Origin: Candidatus Bipolaricaulota bacterium
GTDB taxonomy: Bacteria > Bipolaricaulota > Bipolaricaulia > RBG-16-55-9 > DRXL01
Direction: 5' to 3'
Length of the DNA stretch: 64,000 bases
Assembly (NCBI GenBank): GCA_025060395.1
Contig: JANXCC010000004.1
Location: 37,454-101,453 of the forward strand
In this document: in pieces, positions 37,402 to 46,493 of the stretch
How positions within the stretch are numbered: position 1 is the first letter of the stretch
Layout of the letters: each line of letters opens with the position of its first letter
The notes under the pieces: generated by a model
Told to the model about the DNA's origin: nothing
The model's database searches: none
The model's input: the letters and a program-made list of their open reading frames with translations, nothing else
Position numbers and translations under genes: made by a program

Positions 37402-38945
37402 CGTTTGATTCCCCACAACACAGAACACGCGAAGAGACCGAGAAGTAAGCCCAGCATTAACCCGTTGAGCGTGCGCCAGAGCGAGAGCATTAATGGCGTG
37501 TGTAGGTGCACAAATGTGTTGATAATAGACGCTTGGCCCAAGGCGCCAAGTGCGAGCAAACTCTTCTGAACCAGATTCTGTTCGCGCCTCCAGAGCAAGA
37601 GCGCAGGATGTCCAACGAAAAACTCTTTGAAACGCGGGCGTGCCGTCAGCCAATCCTCCAAGCGCTCCCGTAGAAGCTCTTCCCAACGAGCTACAGGGAT
37701 CACAGGAAGATTGCCACTGCGCTCCAGGACGAGCACAAACAAAGCCCCCAGTCCTAAAGCAGGGATGAGCCATCCCCCGCGCTTCAGCTGGGCTGTGAGC
37801 TGGTTCCCTCCACGCAAGAGCTCAGTAAGAATAATGAGCAGTGACGGCGCGATCAGCGCGAGTTTGACGCCCCGAAACTCAGCGAGCTTCAGAAAGAACG
37901 AGAGCTCGCTCAGCACCGCTGCGGCAGCCAGTCCTGCGCAACTCGATCCCAGCGAGACCAAAAGCAGCAACTTCCAGCCCAATAGCCTCTCTTTGCTCAT
38001 AAGGAGGAGAAGCCAGGGAGCGAGCACAGCAATCATCAAGGCGAGGGCTTGGCGCGCTAAATCGAGATCCCACCTCCCCACAAGCGCGAGCGCAATCACG
38101 CCGACCGCCCCTCCTAAGAGGAGCGCCATTGCAGACAGCCTCGAGACTTCCATAAACACGAGCACAATCAAGCTGACAAAACCTAGCCCTATCACAAGAT
38201 AGATCCAATACGAGCTCTCAAACGGCGCTGGAGCCGATGGCGGTCCAAGCTCCATCCCAAGCTGGATCAGCCGTTGGCTGAGGCGTTCCAAATATTGAGG
38301 AAATCGCCGATGCTCGGTAATCCAGAGTAATCTGATGGTACGCTCCTGGACAGCGCGCTCCCAGCGCGCCACTGCGCCCTCGAGTCCTAGACGATCGAGT
38401 TCCTGGGATTTGATCGCATGAGCGCGCACGAAGTTCCGTTGGCCCCATCGATAGAGGTCTTCTAGCCCCGATGGTTCAGAAAACTCAAGGACCCCTATCA
38501 GAGCAGAAGGGAGATCGGTCATTATCCATGAGGGTACTAGTGAACCGTGCTCCGACCGTAAGATCACATAATCGGGACGCAAGGCCACTGATGGTATCTC
38601 TTGATGATCGGCATCGACGACGAACGCCACCCTCAGCCCAATAGCTTGTGCGGCGCGAACGATCTCAAACACCTTATCGCTAAGATCTGTTCTTGGAAGA
38701 TTCCACTCTGAGAAATCAGCAAGTTCCACACTGAGGGCAACAACGCCTTGAGCACGCAGTCGTGTCAGAGAGATGTCTAGCTCACCCTCAGTGAGGGAGC
38801 CTTTCAACTCCTGTGCAGGGACGACGAGACCCACAGTCTGATACGCTCTATCCCATGCTATACGCTGTAATCCTACTCCTAGGGAAGTCACTATGGCTAG
38901 GGCAAGCACGCTATACAGAAGATGCCGGGCAACCATTCCTCTCAC
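37383..38945 (-). CDS. polytopic membrane protein with a large N-terminal extracytoplasmic domain (unknown function, cotranscribed with csaB)
   Basis: 520 aa with one N-terminal TM, a ~220-aa domain, then about 8 TMs. Start is uncertain (GTG 38945 or ATG 38936). Confidence 0.6.
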   Translation of the reverse strand: MRGMVARHLLYSVLALAIVTSLGVGLQRIAWDRAYQTVGLVVPAQELKGSLTEGELDISLTRLRAQGVVALSVELADFSEWNLPRTDLSDKVFEIVRAAQAIGLRVAFVVDADHQEIPSVALRPDYVILRSEHGSLVPSWIMTDLPSALIGVLEFSEPSGLEDLYRWGQRNFVRAHAIKSQELDRLGLEGAVARWERAVQERTIRLLWITEHRRFPQYLERLSQRLIQLGMELGPPSAPAPFESSYWIYLVIGLGFVSLIVLVFMEVSRLSAMALLLGGAVGVIALALVGRWDLDLARQALALMIAVLAPWLLLLMSKERLLGWKLLLLVSLGSSCAGLAAAAVLSELSFFLKLAEFRGVKLALIAPSLLIILTELLRGGNQLTAQLKRGGWLIPALGLGALFVLVLERSGNLPVIPVARWEELLRERLEDWLTARPRFKEFFVGHPALLLWRREQNLVQKSLLALGALGQASIINTFVHLHTPLMLSLWRTLNGLMLGLLLGLFACSVLWGIKRWRRRL

Positions 38946-39071
38946 GAATCTTCACTATAGCAGAAATAAGCAACCCGATGCCAGGGTGATCGGTGTCTGG
39001 GCACAAACGCCCGTACGCCATTGACGCTCTGGGCAATGATAACGTACCGTGGCCAGCAGAGAGGTGAGAGC

Positions 39072-39581
39072 ATGGCACGAGCACTCTCTATAGTGCTGGG
39101 GATCATTCTTGGGATGGGTGGGTATGCCCACGCTGCGGTAGCACAGGAGCCTTCTCCTGATCTCTCGCAGGATCGCACCTTGGGAATCGGGCTGCAAGCT
39201 CCTTGTATCTTCAGCTTTCGCTATTGGCTTACTGAAGGGTTCGCACTCGAGCTGAATGGCTTTGTGATCTCGATAGGGGATTTTACCAGCGGCTGTGTCG
39301 CGAGCAAGATGCTGGCGCGCCTTGCGGACACTGGGGTCTTCGACTTCTATGTGATCTTCGAAGGCAATCTCCATATTGGAGAGTACTGGGGCGAGCCCAG
39401 CGTGGGGGATATCGCGCTCAAGGCCGGCATGGAACTGAGCGTTCTGCCCAGCTTAGCAATCAATCTGGAATTTGGCGAAGCGGTGTTCTTCGGCCCAGCC
39501 GGGGTGAGTGCCTCCCCGGCCATCAGCTTAGGGTTGCACTATTACTTTACACGTGCCCCTCAACCAAAGCCCGCCGAATAA
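39072..39581 (+). CDS. small beta-barrel outer-membrane-protein-like protein
   Basis: Signal peptide ...GGYAHA/AVA, alternating hydrophobic strands, and ...LGLHYYF near the C-terminus. Confidence 0.6.
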   Translation: MARALSIVLGIILGMGGYAHAAVAQEPSPDLSQDRTLGIGLQAPCIFSFRYWLTEGFALELNGFVISIGDFTSGCVASKMLARLADTGVFDFYVIFEGNLHIGEYWGEPSVGDIALKAGMELSVLPSLAINLEFGEAVFFGPAGVSASPAISLGLHYYFTRAPQPKPAE

Positions 39582-39601
39582 TGATCCCCTAGGAGGCTAA
39601 G

Positions 39602-40090
39602 ATGAAGAAGATCATCGCCATCGGGAGCTTAGCGCTTGTCGCGTTGCTGATGAGCGTATTCTCGGCTATGGCTCTCGAGAACCTCTCCAGGCAACATGGG
39701 TTTGGCACGGGGATACAATTAACATTTCCCATGGAGCCACCTCACGCCCTGCCCGCGTCGGGGATGAGTCTGAGGGTCTGGCTTGCAGATCTCTACGGGG
39801 TTGAGGCGAATTTCTTTGTAGTTGGTAGCGCCCTGAGCTTTACTCCGCGAGCGTTCTTGAAGGTCATAAATCTTGAGATCGCCGATCTCTACGTCGGCCT
39901 TGGGGTGAGCGCCTTCGTCTATGCGCCGCCGCAGGACGCTCTAATGCTCTACACGCCTTTACAGGGGATTATAGGGTTGGAGATGCGTCTGACCCCCCGG
40001 ATCGCGCTCAACGCCGAGCTTGGGATCTTCGGGCTTGGGGGAACAAGGGGTGGGGTGACGTCAGGGGTGGGCCTACACTTCTATTTCTGA
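39602..40090 (+). CDS. small beta-barrel outer-membrane-protein-like protein (paralog)
   Basis: Signal peptide MKKIIAIGSLALVALLMSVFSAMA. Ends in GVGLHFYF, a terminal Phe typical of OMP C-terminal signatures. Confidence 0.65.
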   Translation: MKKIIAIGSLALVALLMSVFSAMALENLSRQHGFGTGIQLTFPMEPPHALPASGMSLRVWLADLYGVEANFFVVGSALSFTPRAFLKVINLEIADLYVGLGVSAFVYAPPQDALMLYTPLQGIIGLEMRLTPRIALNAELGIFGLGGTRGGVTSGVGLHFYF

Positions 40091-40093
40091 TAC

Positions 40094-40122
40094 TTGCTTG
40101 AGCCGCGCGCACGCCCTAAAAT
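40094..40122 (+). promoter_or_regulatory. recA promoter; leaderless or near-leaderless transcript
   Basis: TTGCTT 40094..40099, 17-nt spacer, TAAAAT 40117..40122. ATG follows 10 nt later with no SD. Confidence 0.5.
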
Positions 40123-40132
40123 TACAAGTGCT

Positions 40133-41158
40133 ATGGGCAAGCGCGAGGTCTTGGAGAGCGTCCTCGCCCAAATTAAGAAGAAACACGGTGAGGGCGCGAT
40201 CATGTGGCTGGGGGAGCAGCCACATCTAGAGATTGAAACCATACCGACGGGCTCGCTCTCGCTCGACATCGCCCTTGGGATTGGAGGCGTTCCCCGGGGA
40301 CGGATTGTTGAGATCTTTGGCCCTGAAGCCTCGGGAAAGACGACGCTCGCGCTGCATATCATCGCCGAGGCCCAAAAGTTGGGGGGCACGGTCGCGTTCG
40401 TGGATGCTGAACACGCGCTCGACCCAAACTACGCCCGCGCTATCGGCGTCGACTTAGATAAGATTCTCCTGAGCCAGCCAAACTCCGGCGAGCAAGCGCT
40501 AGAGATCACCGATCACCTGGTGCGCAGTGGCGCTATCGACGCCATCGTGATCGATTCGGTTGCAGCGCTCGTGCCAGAGGCCGAGCTGGAAGGCGCGATG
40601 GGCGATGCGCAAGTGGGGTTGCAAGCGCGCCTTATGAGCCAGGCGATGCGCAAGCTCGCCTCATCGATTGCGCAATCGAAGACGACCGTCGTCTTCGTCA
40701 ATCAGATCCGGCAGACGATCTCCGGGACGGCCTGGGGGCCAACGACGACGACCACTGGCGGCTTGGCCCTCAAGTTCTACACCTCGGTCCGTATGGAGAT
40801 CAAGAAAATTGGCTCTATCGAAGAGGGCGATGAGAAGATCGGGAGTGAGACGCTCGTGCGCGTCGTCAAGAACAAATTAGCACCGCCCTTCAAAGAGGCG
40901 CGCTTTGATATCATCTACGGCAAGGGAATCGCGCGCTCGCGCGAGCTCATCAAGCTCGGTGAACAACTCGGGCTTGTGAAGAAGAGCGGCTCGTGGTTCT
41001 CTTGGGGCACGATCCAACTGGGGCAGGGACTCTCCAACAGCGCGGCCTATTTAGATGATCATAAAGATGTCGCTGAGCAATTAGAGCAGGCGATCCGTCA
41101 GAAAGCAGGCTTGCCCTTCGACAAGAGCAAGATGAAGCAGCCTACTCTCCTGCCGTGA
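40133..41158 (+). CDS. recA: recombinase RecA
   Basis: GPEASGKTT and the canonical RecA core ([19 protein letters not shown]). 341 aa. Confidence 0.97.
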   Translation: MGKREVLESVLAQIKKKHGEGAIMWLGEQPHLEIETIPTGSLSLDIALGIGGVPRGRIVEIFGPEASGKTTLALHIIAEAQKLGGTVAFVDAEHALDPNYARAIGVDLDKILLSQPNSGEQALEITDHLVRSGAIDAIVIDSVAALVPEAELEGAMGDAQVGLQARLMSQAMRKLASSIAQSKTTVVFVNQIRQTISGTAWGPTTTTTGGLALKFYTSVRMEIKKIGSIEEGDEKIGSETLVRVVKNKLAPPFKEARFDIIYGKGIARSRELIKLGEQLGLVKKSGSWFSWGTIQLGQGLSNSAAYLDDHKDVAEQLEQAIRQKAGLPFDKSKMKQPTLLP

Positions 41159-41604
41159 CCGAAGAAGAGCGTGCCCGTGCATATTTAGTGAGGCTTTTCA
41201 GGCATCGTCCGCGCAGCCGGTATGAAGTCGTCACCCGGTTGCGGCAGAAGGGCTTCTCGAGAGAGACTATCGAGTCAGTAGTCGAGCAAGCAGAACGTGC
41301 AGGGCTTTTAGACGATGCACGGTTTGCCCAACTTTGGGTTGAGGATCGTCTGGCGCGTCGTCCCCGAAGCCGTCAGATGCTTGAGCGTGAGCTCCGTGCC
41401 AAGGGCGTCGCTCCGGAGCACATTCACAGGGCTATCGCGCGTGCAGAGCTTGATGACGAGGCATTAGCCAAACAACTCGTCGCTGAGCGCTGGCCCCGGC
41501 TGCTTGCGCTCGACGAACAGACGCGTCTGCGGCGGCTCACAAGCTTTTTGCGCCGTCGAGGGTTCTCGGAAGAGATCATCCGTCGCGCCTTAGATAATCC
41601 CTAA
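41155..41604 (+). CDS. recX: RecA regulator RecX
   Basis: 149 aa. GTGA overlap with the recA stop. RecX-type helical repeats ([15 protein letters not shown]...). Confidence 0.85.
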   Translation: MTEEERARAYLVRLFRHRPRSRYEVVTRLRQKGFSRETIESVVEQAERAGLLDDARFAQLWVEDRLARRPRSRQMLERELRAKGVAPEHIHRAIARAELDDEALAKQLVAERWPRLLALDEQTRLRRLTSFLRRRGFSEEIIRRALDNP

Positions 41605-43038
41605 CTGACGCAAGAACTCTTTATCATTGAATGCAAGCTCATGATCAGAGAAGATCTGAGTACGCTCGTGGCCCTTGCCCGCAATGAGTACGCAGTCTCC
41701 TGGCCGTGCAAGCTCTAACGCCCGCACGATCGCTTCCGGACGAGCTACCAGCACTTCGTAAGGAGCCTCGAGAGCTCGAATTCCAGCTTCAATCTGCCTT
41801 GCGATCTCGTAAGGATCTTCGCTCTTAGGGTTGTCGCTGGTGATGATCGTGTAATCAGCCAAACGCCCGCTGATTTCCCCCATGATGGGTCTCTTGGAGG
41901 GATCGGATTCGCCTCCGCAACCGAAGACGCTGATCACCCTGGGATAGAAGCCTTTGAGCATACGTAGCATCTTTTCCAAAGAGTCTGGCGAGTGCGCAAA
42001 GTCTATCCAGACGAAAACTCCGTTGCGGGTGCGATAGCGCTCGCAGCGGCCCTCAATGTGCTTGACAGACTTAATTCGTGCCGTGATCGTATCAAGGTCG
42101 AGCCCGCGCTCGATCCCTACCCCTATCGCCGCGAGAATGTTATAGACATAGAACTGCCCAGGAAAGCTCGTCTCGACAGGCGTAACTCCGAGGGGAGTGT
42201 ACGCGAGAAATCTCGATCCTGTTGGGCTGAGCTCGATCTGGTCGGCCCATAAATCATGCTCTGGATTGAGGCCATACGTCCAGATTTGCGCTCGCGTTGC
42301 CGCGATAAACTCTTGGGCATATGGATCATCACCGTTGATGATGGCGCGTGCGTCTGCGCGTAAGTTCTCAAAGAGCTTGCGCTTCGCGCGAAGATACTCA
42401 TCCATGGTGCGATAGTAATCGAGATGGTCATGGGTGAGGTTGGTGAAGATCGCGACGTCAAAGTCGATCCCGTGGACGCGCTCTTGGGAGAGGGCGTGTG
42501 CCGAGACCTCGAGCACGAAGTGCTTCTGTCCGAGCTGAACGGCTTCCCAAGCGCGACGTTGAATCTCAACAGCCTTTGGGGTCGTGTAGGGCGACTCGTG
42601 CTCCAAGGCGTTGTGCACGGTCGTGCTCAGAGCTGATTCGCCCAAGACCGTGGCAGAAAGCACGCTGACGGAGGTCTTCCCGTTGGTGCCCGTGACCCCA
42701 ACTGTATAGAGTTTTTTAGTTGGGAAGTCATAGAACGCACAGGCGAGTTCTGCAAGGGCGCGGCGGCTCTCTGCAACGAGTACATATGGGATATGTGCAG
42801 GCAATCTCAAATCAGCTCGTTGTCCAACGACAGCGACAGCGCCCTTGGCTATAGCTGTCCCAATATAGTGATGCCCATCGGTGCGAGTTCCAGGGACGGC
42901 GACGAAGAGGGCACCAGGTTGAACTTCTCGAGAGTCATCGGTGATCTGAGAGATCCTTACAGAGCGATCACCGTAGACAGCGCGATAGGAAACAAACGCC
43001 AAGAGCTCCTGCAGAGGCTTTTCGCGTGGTGTAGGCAT
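41590..43038 (-). CDS. murE: UDP-N-acetylmuramoyl-L-alanyl-D-glutamate--2,6-diaminopimelate ligase
   Basis: DSREVQPGALFVAVPG, GVTGTNGKTS. The Mur ligase C-terminal domain includes a DNPR-like DNPK motif. Confidence 0.92.
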   Translation of the reverse strand: MPTPREKPLQELLAFVSYRAVYGDRSVRISQITDDSREVQPGALFVAVPGTRTDGHHYIGTAIAKGAVAVVGQRADLRLPAHIPYVLVAESRRALAELACAFYDFPTKKLYTVGVTGTNGKTSVSVLSATVLGESALSTTVHNALEHESPYTTPKAVEIQRRAWEAVQLGQKHFVLEVSAHALSQERVHGIDFDVAIFTNLTHDHLDYYRTMDEYLRAKRKLFENLRADARAIINGDDPYAQEFIAATRAQIWTYGLNPEHDLWADQIELSPTGSRFLAYTPLGVTPVETSFPGQFYVYNILAAIGVGIERGLDLDTITARIKSVKHIEGRCERYRTRNGVFVWIDFAHSPDSLEKMLRMLKGFYPRVISVFGCGGESDPSKRPIMGEISGRLADYTIITSDNPKSEDPYEIARQIEAGIRALEAPYEVLVARPEAIVRALELARPGDCVLIAGKGHERTQIFSDHELAFNDKEFLRQLGII

Positions 43039-43126
43039 ACCTGCACTCTATATGGAGGCCCAAAGGAGCACAAGGGCGCTTGTCCGATCCTGAGAGGGTT
43101 TTTGGGTGTAGTGCGGGGCTCCTTGC

Positions 43127-43155
43127 TTGCATTGCCTTGCGTCCTGCGCTAAACT
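43127..43155 (+). promoter_or_regulatory. tyrS promoter; near-leaderless
   Basis: TTGCAT 43127..43132, 17-nt spacer, TAAACT 43150..43155. ATG follows 10 nt later with no SD. Confidence 0.5.
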
Positions 43156-43165
43156 CAGCCTGTCT

Positions 43166-44368
43166 ATGAAGCATCTGACCGTTGAGGAACAGCTTCGATT
43201 TCTCAAGCGCCGCGCTGTAGATGTCATTCCTGAGGCGGATTTGATCAGAAAATTGGAGCGCTCTGCTCGCACTGGCAAGCCCCTCAGGGTGAAGTTGGGG
43301 GTCGACCCTACTAGCCCCGATATCCACATTGGGATTGGCGTCGTCTTGCAGAAGCTGCGCGATTTTCAAGAGCTGGGCCATACGGCGGTCCTAATCGTGG
43401 GAGACTTCACGGCTCGTATCGGCGATCCCTCGGAGCGCGTCAGCCAACGCAGGATGCTCTCTAAAGAAGAAGTTGAAGCCAATATGAAAGCTTATAGAGA
43501 GCAAGCCCTCAAGATCTTGGACCCACAGCGCACCGAGTTCCGCTATAACTCTGAATGGCTGGAGAAGATGGACTTTGCTAAGCTCTTGGAGTTAGCCTCG
43601 AAATACACCGTCGCGGCGATGCTGGAGCGCGATGATTTCGCGAAACGTTTCCGCGAGGGCAACCCCATCAGCATCGTTGAGTTTCTCTATCCTTTGGCTC
43701 AAGGCTACGATTCTGTCGCGATTCAAGCTGATGTCGAACTAGGGGGAACGGATCAGCGCTTTAATCTCTTAGTCGGGCGCGCTCTGCAAGAACGCTACGG
43801 CCAGGAGCCCCAGGTCTGTTTCATCATGCCTCTTTTAGAGGGCTTGGACGGCGTTAAAAAGATGAGCAAGAGCTATGGCAATTATGTCGGGATCACTGAG
43901 CCGCCCAACGAGATGTTCGGCAAATTGATGTCTATCCCTGATACGCTCATTGAAAAGTACGTGAAGCTGCTGACAGACTTGGACTGGGAGGAGCTAAAGC
44001 AGCTCCACCCCAAAGAACAAAAGCAGAAGATGGCTCACGCGGTGGTGGCACGCTATCACTCCCTGGAAGCTGCCGATAAAGCCCAAGAAGAATTCGAGCG
44101 AGTCTTTGCTCGCAAAGAGCGCCCAACAGAAGTTTCTAAGCTCTGGTTAGACAGAAAGCTTCTCAAGCCCGATGGCACGGTCTGGATTGTTGACTTGATC
44201 GCGCCGCTTTGCAAGAGTCGCTCGGAAGCGAAGCGCCTCATCGAGCAAGGGGCCGTCGAACTCGACGGCGTGAAGATCACCCGGTTTGATCAGAACGTCT
44301 CGGTAAGAGACGGGATGCTCGTGCGCGTGGGTAAGCATACGTTTGCTGAAATCTCTTTGAAGGAGTAG
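43166..44368 (+). CDS. tyrS: tyrosine--tRNA ligase
   Basis: A HIGH-type motif (PDIHIGIG), KMSKS, and a C-terminal S4 domain. Confidence 0.93.
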   Translation: MKHLTVEEQLRFLKRRAVDVIPEADLIRKLERSARTGKPLRVKLGVDPTSPDIHIGIGVVLQKLRDFQELGHTAVLIVGDFTARIGDPSERVSQRRMLSKEEVEANMKAYREQALKILDPQRTEFRYNSEWLEKMDFAKLLELASKYTVAAMLERDDFAKRFREGNPISIVEFLYPLAQGYDSVAIQADVELGGTDQRFNLLVGRALQERYGQEPQVCFIMPLLEGLDGVKKMSKSYGNYVGITEPPNEMFGKLMSIPDTLIEKYVKLLTDLDWEELKQLHPKEQKQKMAHAVVARYHSLEAADKAQEEFERVFARKERPTEVSKLWLDRKLLKPDGTVWIVDLIAPLCKSRSEAKRLIEQGAVELDGVKITRFDQNVSVRDGMLVRVGKHTFAEISLKE

Positions 44369-44372
44369 AACC

Positions 44373-44783
44373 ATGGGCTGCGTCTTTTGCAAGATCGTGC
44401 GCGGAGAACTTCCTGCTCATAAGATCTATGAAGATTCGGAGACCCTAGCGTTTCTCGATATCTATCCCATGACCGATGGGCATACGCTTGTCATTCCAAA
44501 GCTGCACGCTGAGCGGCTCGCTGATCTGCCTCCGGAGCTGGCGGGCAAGCTCTTCCAGACGGTCCAGAAGGTCACAGCTCGTCTGACCCAAGCGCTAGGA
44601 GCCCCAGCGTTTAACGTCGGGTTCAACGATGGACGCGCGGCCGGCCAAGCCGTCCCCCATCTGCACTTTCATATCATCCCGCGCTTTCCCGGGGATGGCG
44701 GTGGCTCCCTGCACTCTATCATCCATAAGCCGAACACCCGTCCCTTAGAGGAGATCCATCGTCTGATTGCAGGCTCGTGGTGA
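44373..44783 (+). CDS. HIT-family (HinT-like) nucleotide hydrolase
   Basis: CVFCKI... and the HLHFHIIPR histidine triad. Confidence 0.88.
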   Translation: MGCVFCKIVRGELPAHKIYEDSETLAFLDIYPMTDGHTLVIPKLHAERLADLPPELAGKLFQTVQKVTARLTQALGAPAFNVGFNDGRAAGQAVPHLHFHIIPRFPGDGGGSLHSIIHKPNTRPLEEIHRLIAGSW

Positions 44784-44799
44784 ATTTGTTATAGTAATT

Positions 44800-44816
44800 C
44801 TGTTCACTCTGAACAG
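44800..44816. promoter_or_regulatory. perfect 7-3-7 palindrome CTGTTCA-ctc-TGAACAG (operator or hairpin)
   Basis: Starts 5 nt after a putative promoter (TTGCAG 44767..44772, 17-nt spacer, TATAGT 44790..44795). Followed by a T-rich tract, upstream of prs. Confidence 0.35.
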
Positions 44817-44855
44817 CTATCTTCTCTTTTTGGATGAAAGGGCGGGAGGTTGGAC

Positions 44856-45791
44856 GTGCCGGGCGAATTGAAGTTGATCGCGGGTAATGCTAATCCTGCG
44901 TTAGCCAAGGAGATCAGCGCCCACTTGGGGATCCAGATGACCGCGGCGGAGGTCAGCCGCTTCCCCGATGGCGAGATCAGCGTGCATATTAAAGAGACGG
45001 TGCGCGGGGCCGATGTCTGCGTCATCCAGCCCACTTGCCCCCCTGTTAACGAGAATCTCATGGAATTGTTGCTCATCATTGATGCGCTCAAGCGGGCCTC
45101 TGCTGAGCGCATTACTGCTGTCATCCCGTATTACGGCTACGCTCGTCAAGATCGCAAGCATATCGGGCGTGTGCCGATCAGCGCCAAACTCGTCGCCAAT
45201 ATGATCGTCACCGCGGGAGCTGACAGGGTCTTAACCCTGGACTTGCCCGCCGGTCAGATCCAAGGGTTCTTTGATATCCCCGTGGATAACCTCCGAGGGG
45301 ATCCCATCATAGCAGATTACTTTCGCCATCAAGACCTAGAGAACACCGTGATCGTCGCGCCCGATGTTGGAGCTGCTAAACGCGCTCGCGCCGTGGCCGA
45401 ACGCCTTGAGCTCCCCTTAGCCATAGTCGAGAAGAGTCGTATCAGCCCTACCGAAGTGCGCGCGCTCAATATCATCGGCGACGTCAAGGGCAAGCGTGCT
45501 ATCTTGGTCGACGATATCTTAGCAACGGGTGGGACGATCATTGAAGCGACCAATCTTCTCCTGGAATTTGGCGCGCGCGAAGTCTCAGCCGCGTTCATTC
45601 ATGGGGTCTTTGCCGGTGATGCCGTCCAGAGATTAGAAGCCTCGCCGGTGAAGAAGATCGTCGTCACGAATACGATCCCACCGCCTCGCAGCCCTAAGGT
45701 CGATGTGATCTCCGTTGGAGTCTTGTTCGCAGAGACAATCAAGCGCATTCATGCCCAAGAATCTGTCAGCGAGATGTTTCCACATTATTGA
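44856..45791 (+). CDS. prs: ribose-phosphate pyrophosphokinase
   Basis: GTG 44856 lies 6 nt after GGGAGG (track TTG 44850 abuts the SD). YYGYARQDRK and DDILATGGT. Confidence 0.93.
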   Translation: MPGELKLIAGNANPALAKEISAHLGIQMTAAEVSRFPDGEISVHIKETVRGADVCVIQPTCPPVNENLMELLLIIDALKRASAERITAVIPYYGYARQDRKHIGRVPISAKLVANMIVTAGADRVLTLDLPAGQIQGFFDIPVDNLRGDPIIADYFRHQDLENTVIVAPDVGAAKRARAVAERLELPLAIVEKSRISPTEVRALNIIGDVKGKRAILVDDILATGGTIIEATNLLLEFGAREVSAAFIHGVFAGDAVQRLEASPVKKIVVTNTIPPPRSPKVDVISVGVLFAETIKRIHAQESVSEMFPHY

Positions 45792-45816
45792 GGATCTGCA
45801 AGGGAGGAGATACAGT

Positions 45817-46488
45817 ATGGACTATACGCTTCAGGTGATGCTGCGGGGGAAGAAGCCTAATCCCCGCGAGCTGAGACGCACCGGGTTCATCCCTGGCGTC
45901 CTCTATGGGCACGGCATCCATCACCGTATCATGGTGAGAGCTCGAGATCTCGAGATGTTGCTCTCTCGCATTACCCGCAGCACGCGTATCACCGTGGAAT
46001 TAGACGGCAAGAAGCTCCCCACGTTTATTAAGGAGATCCAGTATGATCCGCTGACGGATCGCGTCATCCATCTCGATCTCTATCATCCTGCCCCAGATAA
46101 GCCAGTCACTCTTGAGGTGCCAGTACGTCTGCGCGGTGAAGCCAGGGGACGTAAGGAAGGCGGCGTGCTTCAGATCCTACGCGACGTCGTCACGGTCCGA
46201 GGGCCCCTAGAGGTCATCCCAGAGATCATCGAGATCGATGTAACTCAGCTGGGGATTGGCCAAGCAATACACGTTAACGACCTCAAACTGGAGGGTGTTC
46301 AACTGCTGACGCCTGGGGAGGTCACGATCGTGGCGGTTGTAGCGCCGCGCAAGGAGGAAGCCGCTGTTGCTGTAGCAGTTCCGGGCGTTGAAGGTGCGGT
46401 GCCGACAACAGCTCCGACCTCGGAGGCAGTCCCACCAACCCCAGCTGCTCCAGCTAAGCCTGAGGAGAAAAAGCCCGAAAAGAAGTAA
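45817..46488 (+). CDS. rplY: 50S ribosomal protein L25/general stress protein Ctc
   Basis: ATG 45817 with GGGAGGAG. RRTGFIPGVLYGHG. Ala/Pro/Lys-rich tail. Confidence 0.9.
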   Translation: MDYTLQVMLRGKKPNPRELRRTGFIPGVLYGHGIHHRIMVRARDLEMLLSRITRSTRITVELDGKKLPTFIKEIQYDPLTDRVIHLDLYHPAPDKPVTLEVPVRLRGEARGRKEGGVLQILRDVVTVRGPLEVIPEIIEIDVTQLGIGQAIHVNDLKLEGVQLLTPGEVTIVAVVAPRKEEAAVAVAVPGVEGAVPTTAPTSEAVPPTPAAPAKPEEKKPEKK

Positions 46489-46493
46489 TCGCT

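Noticed and set aside
37402-37773. A 124-codon N-terminal extension of csaB.
   Set aside because: It lies entirely inside the upstream membrane-protein gene in another frame. CsaB homology starts at MAPTLVIAGYYGFGNWGDEA.
40060-40132. A LexA/SOS box upstream of recA.
   Set aside because: No CTGT-N8-ACAG, GAAC-N4-GTTC or other short-spaced palindrome is present. There is only a distant CTTG...CAAG pair 27 nt apart.
43039-43165. A T-box leader ahead of tyrS.
   Set aside because: The gap is too short (127 nt, shared with the divergent murE promoter), there is no T-box sequence, and the promoter sits 10 nt from the ATG.
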